Virus record (IMG/VR): IMGVR_UViG_3300017903_000272
Coordinates: 1 to 24,218 of that record
Source: a virus
Taxonomy: Duplodnaviria; Caudoviricetes
Direction: 5' to 3' (one strand)
Length of the DNA: 24,218 nt
In this document: one piece after another, positions 17,364-24,218 of the stretch
How positions within the stretch are numbered: the stretch's first letter is position 1
How the letters are laid out: every line of letters starts with the position of its first letter
The notes under the pieces: generated by a model
What the model was told of the DNA's origin: nothing
Database searches by the model: none
What the model saw: only the letters and a program-made list of their open reading frames with translations
Translations under genes and position numbers: made by a program

Positions 17364-18161
17364 TTATCCCATATCTTGCCCAGCAGTAAAGCCGTAGTAA
17401 GTAGTTCCTCCATCAAATGTTAGAAATACAAATACATCTACACCGCCACTAGATGACGTTATGGTGGGTGTTACACCTCTAGGCCAGTCAACGCTTGAGG
17501 GCCATGTTACTGCGCGTGTCGTGCTATCTTGCGTAACTTTAAAGGTAAACCCAGACACATTCCCAGAAGCCGCAGGATTGCTAAATGTGTAGGTTACATC
17601 TTCACTTAACGTGTGCGTAAAGTTTGTGCCATCTCGCAAATTAAGGGTTGCCTCGCCTGAGCTTGATGTTATCGCAGTGCTTTGCTCTGTAATGCCATTG
17701 CTAAATGCCACAACGCCATTTGCGTCAGCAGTTATAAGATCAACCTCTGAAACATCAGCCGCCGCGCCTGCACCGTCAGTGTAAATTAACTTTGTGGCAT
17801 TATTTGCCACTGTGACGTTAGTGCCTGTGCCTTGCGTAAAGGTGGCGTTAAAGCCCGATGTGTTGACAACAACGTAGAACTTCTGCGCGTCATTTGGGCT
17901 TATCGTAATTGTGCAAGCCTCTGTGGCACCGTCTAAGATAAGCACCTTGTACATGCCATCCGACAGGCTGTCACCTGTGGAGCCGTCCGTTGTGCTAAGT
18001 GTGTGGGCAGCACCTGAACTAGATAGATCAATCGTGCCGACCCCGTTTACCGCGCGATCAACAATGTCAAAGTTACGGTTTGTAATCTGACCCCATGTAT
18101 CTGTCTTTTCACCGTCAGCGATCTTCTCAATCGCAATGTTTGTTGTCCAAGTGCTTGCCAT
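17364..18161 (-). CDS. Short tail fibre/adaptor protein (265 aa)
   Basis: N-terminal anchor GEKTDTWGQITNRNFD; C-terminal domain ending DVFVFLTFDGGTTYYG; SD AAGGA. Confidence 0.75.
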   Translation of the reverse strand: MASTWTTNIAIEKIADGEKTDTWGQITNRNFDIVDRAVNGVGTIDLSSSGAAHTLSTTDGSTGDSLSDGMYKVLILDGATEACTITISPNDAQKFYVVVNTSGFNATFTQGTGTNVTVANNATKLIYTDGAGAAADVSEVDLITADANGVVAFSNGITEQSTAITSSSGEATLNLRDGTNFTHTLSEDVTYTFSNPAASGNVSGFTFKVTQDSTTRAVTWPSSVDWPRGVTPTITSSSGGVDVFVFLTFDGGTTYYGFTAGQDMG

Positions 18162-18184
18162 GTCAAATCCTTTGCTTGCTTGGC

Positions 18185-18213
18185 ATCATACTCATTTTAT
18201 GCTGCTTTGTCTA
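18185..18213 (-). promoter_or_regulatory. Sigma70-like promoter upstream of the second fibre cassette
   Basis: Minus strand TAGACA (18213-18208), 17-nt spacer, TATGAT (18190-18185); 5/6 match in each box. Confidence 0.55.
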
Positions 18214-18412
18214 ATTCATCTAAGCTGGACTTTAGCATCTCTATAAATGCTTTCTGCCCAACGCGCAGTTGGTCTAAGTTAAACTCTGCCGATGTGATCT
18301 TTTGCTGCAATGAGTTGATGTGGTTTACCATCATCTTTTGCTCATCTGTAAGCTGATCCTCTGAGTACTCTTTGTCATCTAGCGTAATAGTAGCCTTTTT
18401 TTCTTCAGCCAT
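18197..18412 (-). CDS. Small coiled-coil protein after the tail fibre (71 aa)
   Basis: Start MAEEKK at 18412 with SD AAGGAG; ITLDDKEY...LDQL pattern that I associate with genes downstream of fibres. Confidence 0.75.
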   Translation of the reverse strand: MAEEKKATITLDDKEYSEDQLTDEQKMMVNHINSLQQKITSAEFNLDQLRVGQKAFIEMLKSSLDELDKAA

Positions 18413-18426
18413 TTTACTCTCCTTTG

Positions 18427-21033
18427 TTAAGATGCTGCGTCTATTGAATGGACGCCGTACCATGTTGTGCCGCCATCGCGTGTCCAGAAAACGTAAATAT
18501 CAGTTTCACCCGCTGCGGGTGCGTCTGGGGCTGTACCGCCAGCCCACTTCACATTGTTGTTTGTGCCAAAGTCTACTGTGTATGCAGTTGTTGAGTGGCC
18601 TGTTAGCTCTAAGACAAAACCATAACTCCATGCACTAGCCACACTATTAAACGTAAACGTGGTATTACCTGTCATGGTTAAACTAAATGCTTGGGCAGTG
18701 TTGCAGTTTACCGTTACTGATGTGCCTGATAGTGCGTCATAATCTTCGTAGTAAATTGAGTAGTTATACATAGGCACAGTTGTGCTACTATATGTACTAG
18801 TAATAGTATTAATGGCGTTATTAGCAATCCTAAAAGTTATAGATTGACCAGAAGCAGCGTTTACAATCGTTTGGCCTGATGGGTTTTGAAGTAGAGCATA
18901 GCTATATTGACCGTCACTATCTATATGACTAAATCCCGCCCAATCAGCCCAACCCATATAACCAACATGCGCACGGGCTATTGTGGCAAAAGTATCTGTA
19001 TTATAAGCTACGGATAGTCCATCAGCCGTAACAGTACCGTTTATGTTGGCACCAGTGCTGGTTGTATTGAGTTTCTGCGACCCATTGTAGTACATATATG
19101 TACCAGCACCATGCACCCCATAAAACATCCAATAATTATTTACGTCATCATAAATACCAGTAGAATTGCCATTGTCATGCATAAACACAGCACGACCACC
19201 AATGCTATACCCTTCGTATCCATTATGCGCCCCACCATCAATCTGGATAGAGCCAAAGCTGCCAGAGACAGGTTGGAAGTAGCCGTTGCCCGTGTCGCCT
19301 AAACGTACACCTGAGTTATTGACGGTCACTCTTGTGGTGCCACCTGTTGAGAGATACGCAGCATTCGGGCCAAAACTTAGGTATGTATCTGTATCACCTT
19401 CGTGCATCAAAGCATCTGATATATAAACACGGTCTACAGCATTGAGATCGCCGTTAATATCCAAATCACCGTAAATGTTTATGTCGCCATTGCCACTTAC
19501 CCGCATCGCCTCGCCAAGTGTACCAGCGTTAGATGTGTGGAATACTAGGTCACTTGAGCCACTACTGGATGTGCGAACGCCGACGATTTTACTTTGACCA
19601 TATTCGCTATCAACGTCTGTGCTGTTGGCAAATCTAAGTGTGGAGCTTGTATTTGCCGCCGTTGCGTTGTTATGAAGGTAAAGTGCGTTGTTATTTGAGC
19701 CAGAGCTAGTAGTTTGAATATGTAAGTCTGCGGATGGACTTGTGGTGCCGATGCCAACATTACCTGTGTTTTTGATTACCAGACGGTTTGTTAGTGTTGC
19801 TGTCGTGTCAGCGGTTCCGCTAGGGGCTGTTTGAAACACAAAATCACCAGCATACTGATACATCTTTGTGGCTTCGTTCGTTTCAATATATTTAAAGTTG
19901 CCATCTGACGCACGATATATGTTGGCGGATAGCGTTACGACATCATCTGAGGCATTGTAATTTTCAATTGCGCCTACGCCGCCAAACTGAATAACGCCTG
20001 TGCTGTTGGAGTGCCACGTTTTAGGTGCGGTATTACCCACAGACAAAACGCCACCAGACGATATGCGCATGCGTTCTGAGTTTTCATTACCAAAGGTAAC
20101 ATAACCATTACCACCGCTGCCAACATACGAGGCTATCCATGCCTCATTTGTAGCTGTTGTAAGCCTAAGTCTTGCGTTACTACTCGCTAATGTATTGTCT
20201 GCATTGTGTACTCTTAAACCAGTAAAATCACCTGCTTTTGTAGCAACAATATCTAATTCTTCAATAGGCGAACTCGTCCCAATCCCAACCAATCCTGAGC
20301 CGTCTATGGTAAGTCTTCTGTTATTATTTGTACCTACATACCAATCACTATTTTCATAGTTCCAGTTAAATGCGCCAACGTTATCAATGTAGCCAATCTG
20401 TAACCCATTTCCTGATGTTTCCCCTGTTGCGCTTGTTGTGATTTGAATATCTGACCGTGTCGCAGAACCGCCACTAACGTGCAGTGGAGCTATAGGCGAA
20501 GCCGTTCTTATACCCAAATTCTCCGCACTAGCATCCCAGAAGAACTTTGCCGTGGTGCCTGTGTCCTCGTAGAAGCTGATGTCGCCTGTGGAAGCTAATG
20601 ATAGAAACCTTTTATTGTCTGTGTAAAAGAAAAGATTATTGTCATTATATTCTATGTAAGCGTCATCATACCCACTATTCTTAAATTGTATTGCTGTATC
20701 TGTTTGATTGCTGTCAATTACGACAGGCACTGATGTAGTCCCGTCCACAGTCAGCCCATCGCTGGTCAAAGTCCCCGTGATATTGACATCGCCTGTAATC
20801 TGCCCTGTAGTACCATCACTGTAAATCTGTAGGTCAGACCCTGCGCCGAAGATGGCTTTGTCGTTGTCGCCAAAGGTAATATTGCCCGTCAAACTTAACG
20901 ACGACAAAGAAGTTGCACCGCGTAGCAAGCTGTCAATGCTGTCAAAGTTGCTGTTTAAATAACCGCCCCAGACATCTTCATCATCACCAACGGTAGGCTT
21001 TTGAAAGCTATATTGTGTTGTCGTTGTAACCAT
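18427..21033 (-). CDS. Long tail fibre protein (868 aa)
   Basis: N-terminal KPTVGDDEDVWGGYLNSNFD anchor; repeated RxxIxxxGxVGIGTxSP shaft units; C-terminal DGGTTWYG domain. Confidence 0.9.
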   Translation of the reverse strand: MVTTTTQYSFQKPTVGDDEDVWGGYLNSNFDSIDSLLRGATSLSSLSLTGNITFGDNDKAIFGAGSDLQIYSDGTTGQITGDVNITGTLTSDGLTVDGTTSVPVVIDSNQTDTAIQFKNSGYDDAYIEYNDNNLFFYTDNKRFLSLASTGDISFYEDTGTTAKFFWDASAENLGIRTASPIAPLHVSGGSATRSDIQITTSATGETSGNGLQIGYIDNVGAFNWNYENSDWYVGTNNNRRLTIDGSGLVGIGTSSPIEELDIVATKAGDFTGLRVHNADNTLASSNARLRLTTATNEAWIASYVGSGGNGYVTFGNENSERMRISSGGVLSVGNTAPKTWHSNSTGVIQFGGVGAIENYNASDDVVTLSANIYRASDGNFKYIETNEATKMYQYAGDFVFQTAPSGTADTTATLTNRLVIKNTGNVGIGTTSPSADLHIQTTSSGSNNNALYLHNNATAANTSSTLRFANSTDVDSEYGQSKIVGVRTSSSGSSDLVFHTSNAGTLGEAMRVSGNGDINIYGDLDINGDLNAVDRVYISDALMHEGDTDTYLSFGPNAAYLSTGGTTRVTVNNSGVRLGDTGNGYFQPVSGSFGSIQIDGGAHNGYEGYSIGGRAVFMHDNGNSTGIYDDVNNYWMFYGVHGAGTYMYYNGSQKLNTTSTGANINGTVTADGLSVAYNTDTFATIARAHVGYMGWADWAGFSHIDSDGQYSYALLQNPSGQTIVNAASGQSITFRIANNAINTITSTYSSTTVPMYNYSIYYEDYDALSGTSVTVNCNTAQAFSLTMTGNTTFTFNSVASAWSYGFVLELTGHSTTAYTVDFGTNNNVKWAGGTAPDAPAAGETDIYVFWTRDGGTTWYGVHSIDAAS

Positions 21034-21743
21034 TATGCAGCCTCATTCCATGTGACGCTATCGTCTGTTTGTGATGTCCAAGTGTCGCTGGGATCAGTAG
21101 CACCCGTCCAAGTATCACTCTCATCGCTTGCGGCAGTCCATGTATCTGTCGGATCGGCCTGCTCAGTCCAAGTATCCGTAACGTCTACATCTTCTTCCCA
21201 CTTCAGGCGACCTATGGCTGTCGTAAGAGCAAGCACAGATGTACTGCCGCCAATGCTTTGTACACGACTGCCAACCGCCGTAACAGATAGCGCAGCCGAT
21301 ACATTAGGCGCAGCCACCGCAACATAACTGCCATTCGCTACAGTTGTTGCAGAGGCCGATACAGAAAGCGAAATATTACGCTCACGCTCAACATTATCCG
21401 TAATGCTGAGTGCTGGGCTAATCTGTATACCAGATGTTGCAACACGAACCGCAACGCCTGTAACTGACAAACTAGGTGAAGCTGTCGCAGAAGCATTCGC
21501 GTTCACAGACCCAATCGGGGTCATCTCTGCTAAAACATTAACAGGGATCGCGCGAACAGTAACGCGGCTGTAATTTATGCTGGTTGTTGTGCTTGCGCTA
21601 ATAGATACAGATGCATCACGCACCCGAAACCCATTACCACTTGCCGATACAGAGCTAGACGCAGAAATAGAGCTTGACGCATCAATGTAGCTGCCATCAA
21701 GCCCGTAAAACCACTTGCTATATAAACCCTGACCGTAGGCCAT
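21033..21743 (-). CDS. Ser/Ala/Val-rich repetitive virion protein
   Basis: MAYGQGLY start, 20-aa periodic body, Trp-repeat tail; 1-nt overlap with the fibre start. Confidence 0.75.
   Translation of the reverse strand: MAYGQGLYSKWFYGLDGSYIDASSSISASSSVSASGNGFRVRDASVSISASTTTSINYSRVTVRAIPVNVLAEMTPIGSVNANASATASPSLSVTGVAVRVATSGIQISPALSITDNVERERNISLSVSASATTVANGSYVAVAAPNVSAALSVTAVGSRVQSIGGSTSVLALTTAIGRLKWEEDVDVTDTWTEQADPTDTWTAASDESDTWTGATDPSDTWTSQTDDSVTWNEAA
21046..21200 (-). repeat. 30-bp (10-aa, DTWT core) tandem repeat, six Trp codons
   Basis: Plus-strand CCA (Trp) ends at 21050, 21080, 21110, 21140, 21170 and 21200, an exact 30-nt period. Confidence 0.85.
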
Positions 21744-21753
21744 GCGTAAGCCC

Positions 21754-22134
21754 CTAGTTGAGTGTGATGTCTAAGTCTCCAGATGGAACGCGGAAAACGT
21801 CACCTGTCTCAATTGTCTTAGATGATGTAAGAGCAGCATGTGCAAGCAAGTTACCCGCAGATGATGCATCAAACACACCCACATGCGTTACCGTGCCATA
21901 GTTGGCTGTTGCCACTGGAAATTCAATCGCGCCAGAGTTTGACGCTGTATCACCGCTGACCGTGAACGTAATGCTTTGACGCGCATATGCACCGCCTGAT
22001 ACTTCCGTACCGCCGCCGCTATCTGATGGTGCAGCCGTAAACAATGCCAAGTACCATGCAGTCGGACGCGTACCGCCTGATGTCGTAAAGGCAAACTCTA
22101 GCACCTCTGTTTCTAAGTAGTCTGAGAAACTCAT
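21754..22134 (-). CDS. Small tail/virion structural protein (126 aa)
   Basis: MSFSDYLE...YLALFTAAPSD...EVSGGAYARQ...THVGVFDA...GNLL...GDLDITL family pattern; SD AGGAG. Confidence 0.8.
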   Translation of the reverse strand: MSFSDYLETEVLEFAFTTSGGTRPTAWYLALFTAAPSDSGGGTEVSGGAYARQSITFTVSGDTASNSGAIEFPVATANYGTVTHVGVFDASSAGNLLAHAALTSSKTIETGDVFRVPSGDLDITLN

Positions 22135-22154
22135 GTTGTTCTCCTAGATATATC

Positions 22155-22190
22155 TGCGCCCACTATAGCGCAAAAGTTAGTTTTTAGTAA
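22155..22190 (-). promoter_or_regulatory. Putative internal promoter
   Basis: Minus strand TTACTA-N17-TATAGT (22190-22162) spanning a rare intergenic gap; the -10 lies within a TGCGC/GCGCA dyad. Confidence 0.4.
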
Positions 22191-22804
22191 GAAGTTACCT
22201 TCATTCGTAAATTCCCACTTGATTGACGTGTTCTGTCGCTGGAACTATTAACACTCGCCACGGCCCCAGAGTATAGGCTAGACCATACCTGTACGCGCTC
22301 ATCTTCGCCTAAGTATGGAGCCGCTTGTAAAAGTGAGCCGTACAGGTATGCATCCGGCGCCACATCCAACAACCAGTTAGAGGTGTTGGACGCTGATAGC
22401 GCAGGAATTTTTTGGTAATACACAAGCTCAGTTGCGTATTCCTTATCGGGCGTCGGGTAAAGCTCAAATGAATCCCCGACGTGTGCGTAGTATTTTGGGC
22501 GCCCTACCGTGTCTAAACTTCTTTCACGCTTCGCAATGATGTCATCGATGCTAACCATTTCTAGTCGGTAGGTATCTGCTGATGTAATACCAAAACGTAT
22601 TGTTTCGAGCCAATCCGACGGGACGGCAGAATAACGACTGTCTAGGTTAGCCGAACTGCGCTCAATCATCTTGTAGTGACGGATTTCACGTTCCATCTGA
22701 TGTTCCGCTAGAGTTATAAAATCCGTTATAACGTTTGTTAGATCATCCCGATCTAACCAATCAGCTATGCTTGCTTTAAGCTCTGCGTAAGTTGTAAGTG
22801 CCAT
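22184..22804 (-). CDS. Head-tail adaptor (tail tubular protein A-like)
   Basis: MALTTYAELKASIADWLDRDDL, FITLAE, GRPKYY, YPTPD and SNWLL...PDAYLYGSL motifs. Confidence 0.85.
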   Translation of the reverse strand: MALTTYAELKASIADWLDRDDLTNVITDFITLAEHQMEREIRHYKMIERSSANLDSRYSAVPSDWLETIRFGITSADTYRLEMVSIDDIIAKRERSLDTVGRPKYYAHVGDSFELYPTPDKEYATELVYYQKIPALSASNTSNWLLDVAPDAYLYGSLLQAAPYLGEDERVQVWSSLYSGAVASVNSSSDRTRQSSGNLRMKVTSY

Positions 22805-23370
22805 TATTTTAACAAGCCTTTCTGAGACAGGATGTTCATAACATAGTTTTTAGCTGGATCCGCCATTGACGCAGCCATGCGTGATTGCGCACCCGCAGCC
22901 ATTGGTAGATCGAGTAGGGCGTTAAGATCACGCGCCGCGCGCTCTTCAGACCCTTCGGGTGCAAGCATTTCACCTAAGTATGCCATACCTTTCTGACCAG
23001 CGCCTAGTGCGCCCATTAGGCCAGCGTTAACCATATCCGCCGGGTACGACGCCACATTACGCAAAACACCCAGCTCCTCAGGCAGAGATTGCGCGGCAAC
23101 TGTGCCTGCATTCTGCGCTAGATACTTTGCCGCAGCTAATTCATCATTACCATATTTTTGCGCAACATCCCCAAAATAATTATCCGGTTTTGGCGTCACG
23201 TCCATGTCCCGGCTAGGCAACATCATGTCCTGCCCGGTCTTAGGGTTAAAGCTGCGTGTTGGGTAAAAGTAGCTGTTTGCATCCGCTAAAGACATTTCTG
23301 TGCCGTCAGGAAAACGTACCATCGCTACGTCATCCTGGTAAAATACCTCAGCGTTCACACCTTCAGCCAT
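22804..23370 (-). CDS. Hypothetical protein, possibly an internal virion protein (188 aa)
   Basis: SD AAGGT; Ala/Gly/Met-rich; ends QKGLLK; coupled to the adaptor gene. Confidence 0.65.
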   Translation of the reverse strand: MAEGVNAEVFYQDDVAMVRFPDGTEMSLADANSYFYPTRSFNPKTGQDMMLPSRDMDVTPKPDNYFGDVAQKYGNDELAAAKYLAQNAGTVAAQSLPEELGVLRNVASYPADMVNAGLMGALGAGQKGMAYLGEMLAPEGSEERAARDLNALLDLPMAAGAQSRMAASMADPAKNYVMNILSQKGLLK

Positions 23371-23372
23371 GA

Positions 23373-23401
23373 CTTTACCTTACGCAAAAAATTACCTATA
23401 T
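23373..23401 (+). promoter_or_regulatory. Alphaproteobacterial-type sigma70 promoter for the antisense micro-gene
   Basis: CTTTAC (23373-23378)-N17-CTATAT (23396-23401), one mismatch from the rhizobial consensus CTTGAC-N17-CTATAT. Confidence 0.6.
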
Positions 23402-23430
23402 ATGTACCAGAGGAACGCTTGGAGGTAAAC

Positions 23431-23613
23431 ATGAGTGATAATTCACTAGAACACCGCGAAACTTTAGTTATGAAATATCTGACCGACGCCAAGGCAGACG
23501 CAGACCAGGCAAATAACTTTGACGACCTGATCTGCGAGGCGCTTGGTATTAATAAAAACGAAAATCCGCCAGACTTCATTTACGATGCTCTCCTAATGGG
23601 CTGCGGTCAGTAG
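23431..23613 (+). CDS. Small acidic protein (60 aa) antisense to the late operon
   Basis: Strong SD GGAGGT (23421-23426) before ATG 23431; own promoter; fills the gap between two minus-strand genes. Confidence 0.7.
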   Translation: MSDNSLEHRETLVMKYLTDAKADADQANNFDDLICEALGINKNENPPDFIYDALLMGCGQ

Positions 23614-24218
23614 GGCGTACCCATACTTAACAGCCCAGGCTGTACAGCGCCAAACCGATAACGACCCGCAGCATCGAGCATTGGCTGGTCAACAATTTGA
23701 CCTGGCAACTGTGTTTTCATTGCGTATGTCTTGTTTGGCGCTTGCATTGGGTTGCCCTTTGCGTCGCCAAAGTAATTGTAACGCCCAAACGCTTCCGGGA
23801 ATAAAATTTCCTCAGGATAACGGAAATCTAACTCACCCACGTAATCGCCCAATAATTGCGCGCCGTAAGTGCTGTGCGGGAATTGCTGGTTTTCCATACG
23901 TTTCAGCTCGTCTAGGTCAATCTTGATAATACCAGCCCCGCCGCGTCCTGATGGTAGGTCACGCTGTGATACATTCGTCACTGCATAACGCGCAGCCGCA
24001 ACCGCGTCGGTTGGTAAGCCTAGATCCTTGCCGTACTGCTTTGAATCCAAGGTGCGCAGGAACGCCTTGCGATCATCCGGTTTTGCGTACAGTAAAAACT
24101 CGTCTAGCTCGTCAGACAGTAGACCGGGGAAACGCCCATCTGTAATTTTCGCTAGGCGCTGGTTAAACATCTGCACGCCAGCTTTCGGCATATCTGTCTG
24201 CTGGATTAGATCCGCAGC
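23607..24218 (-). CDS. C-terminal part of a large protein, probably internal virion (5' truncated by the window edge)
   Basis: Frame is open to the window edge (AADLIQQTD-MPK...); contains PHSTYGAQLLGDYVG and ends QPGLLSMGTPY. Confidence 0.7.
   Translation of the reverse strand, partial: AADLIQQTDMPKAGVQMFNQRLAKITDGRFPGLLSDELDEFLLYAKPDDRKAFLRTLDSKQYGKDLGLPTDAVAAARYAVTNVSQRDLPSGRGGAGIIKIDLDELKRMENQQFPHSTYGAQLLGDYVGELDFRYPEEILFPEAFGRYNYFGDAKGNPMQAPNKTYAMKTQLPGQIVDQPMLDAAGRYRFGAVQPGLLSMGTPY

Noticed and set aside
18413-18463. Longer 88-aa version of the post-fibre ORF
   Set aside because: The SD supports ATG 18412; the extension overlaps the fibre gene.
17364-18720. Possible DGR template/variable repeat or invertible cassette between the two fibre C-termini
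   Set aside because: Similarity is only at the protein level; no near-identical DNA copies, reverse transcriptase or invertase were seen in the window.
21046-21200. Possible CRISPR-like or mini-array
   Set aside because: The period is exactly 30 nt, in frame, degenerate at the DNA level, and has no repeat-spacer structure; it is a protein repeat.
802-21327. Many plus-strand ORFs of 60-130 aa in the ORF track (e.g. 1789-2178, 3507-3836, 12358-12747, 21001-21327)
   Set aside because: They lie antisense to well-supported genes and have no recognisable motifs; treated as shadow frames.
23355-23579. Minus-strand 74-aa ORF filling the same gap as the antisense gene
   Set aside because: No clear start signal, whereas the plus-strand ORF has both a promoter and a strong SD.
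1-24218. Gene transfer agent, tRNA, integrase or att site
   Set aside because: The architecture is podovirus-like rather than RcGTA-like; no cloverleaf, recombinase or host genes were recognised.

Overview
A 24 kb piece of a tailed dsDNA phage or prophage with podovirus-like, P22/SU10-type morphogenesis genes, probably infecting an alphaproteobacterium (inferred from a DUF1127 gene and CTTxAC-N17-CTATAT-type promoters). Almost all genes form one tightly coupled minus-strand late unit. In transcription order: the C-terminal end of a large probable internal virion protein, a 188-aa hypothetical, the head-tail adaptor, tail and fibre genes (two paralogous fibres, a beta-propeller, a chaperone), the nozzle/DNA-stabilisation protein, a C1q-like needle candidate, a GNAT-fold protein, four ejection proteins (one with an SLT domain), then portal, scaffold, major capsid and a lysis cassette (membrane proteins, holin, T7-type amidase, u-spanin-like lipoprotein). 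Three small plus-strand genes, including DUF1127, converge on the lysis end. No terminase, integrase, tRNA or CRISPR array was seen. The most notable observations are Cys-initiated, CFI-box-like C-terminal modules on two adjacent ejection proteins, a self-promoted antisense micro-gene at the end of a large internal protein, a head module placed after the tail genes, and a recurrent GL[LF] motif in internal proteins. All family assignments come from motif recognition by eye; no database search was run.
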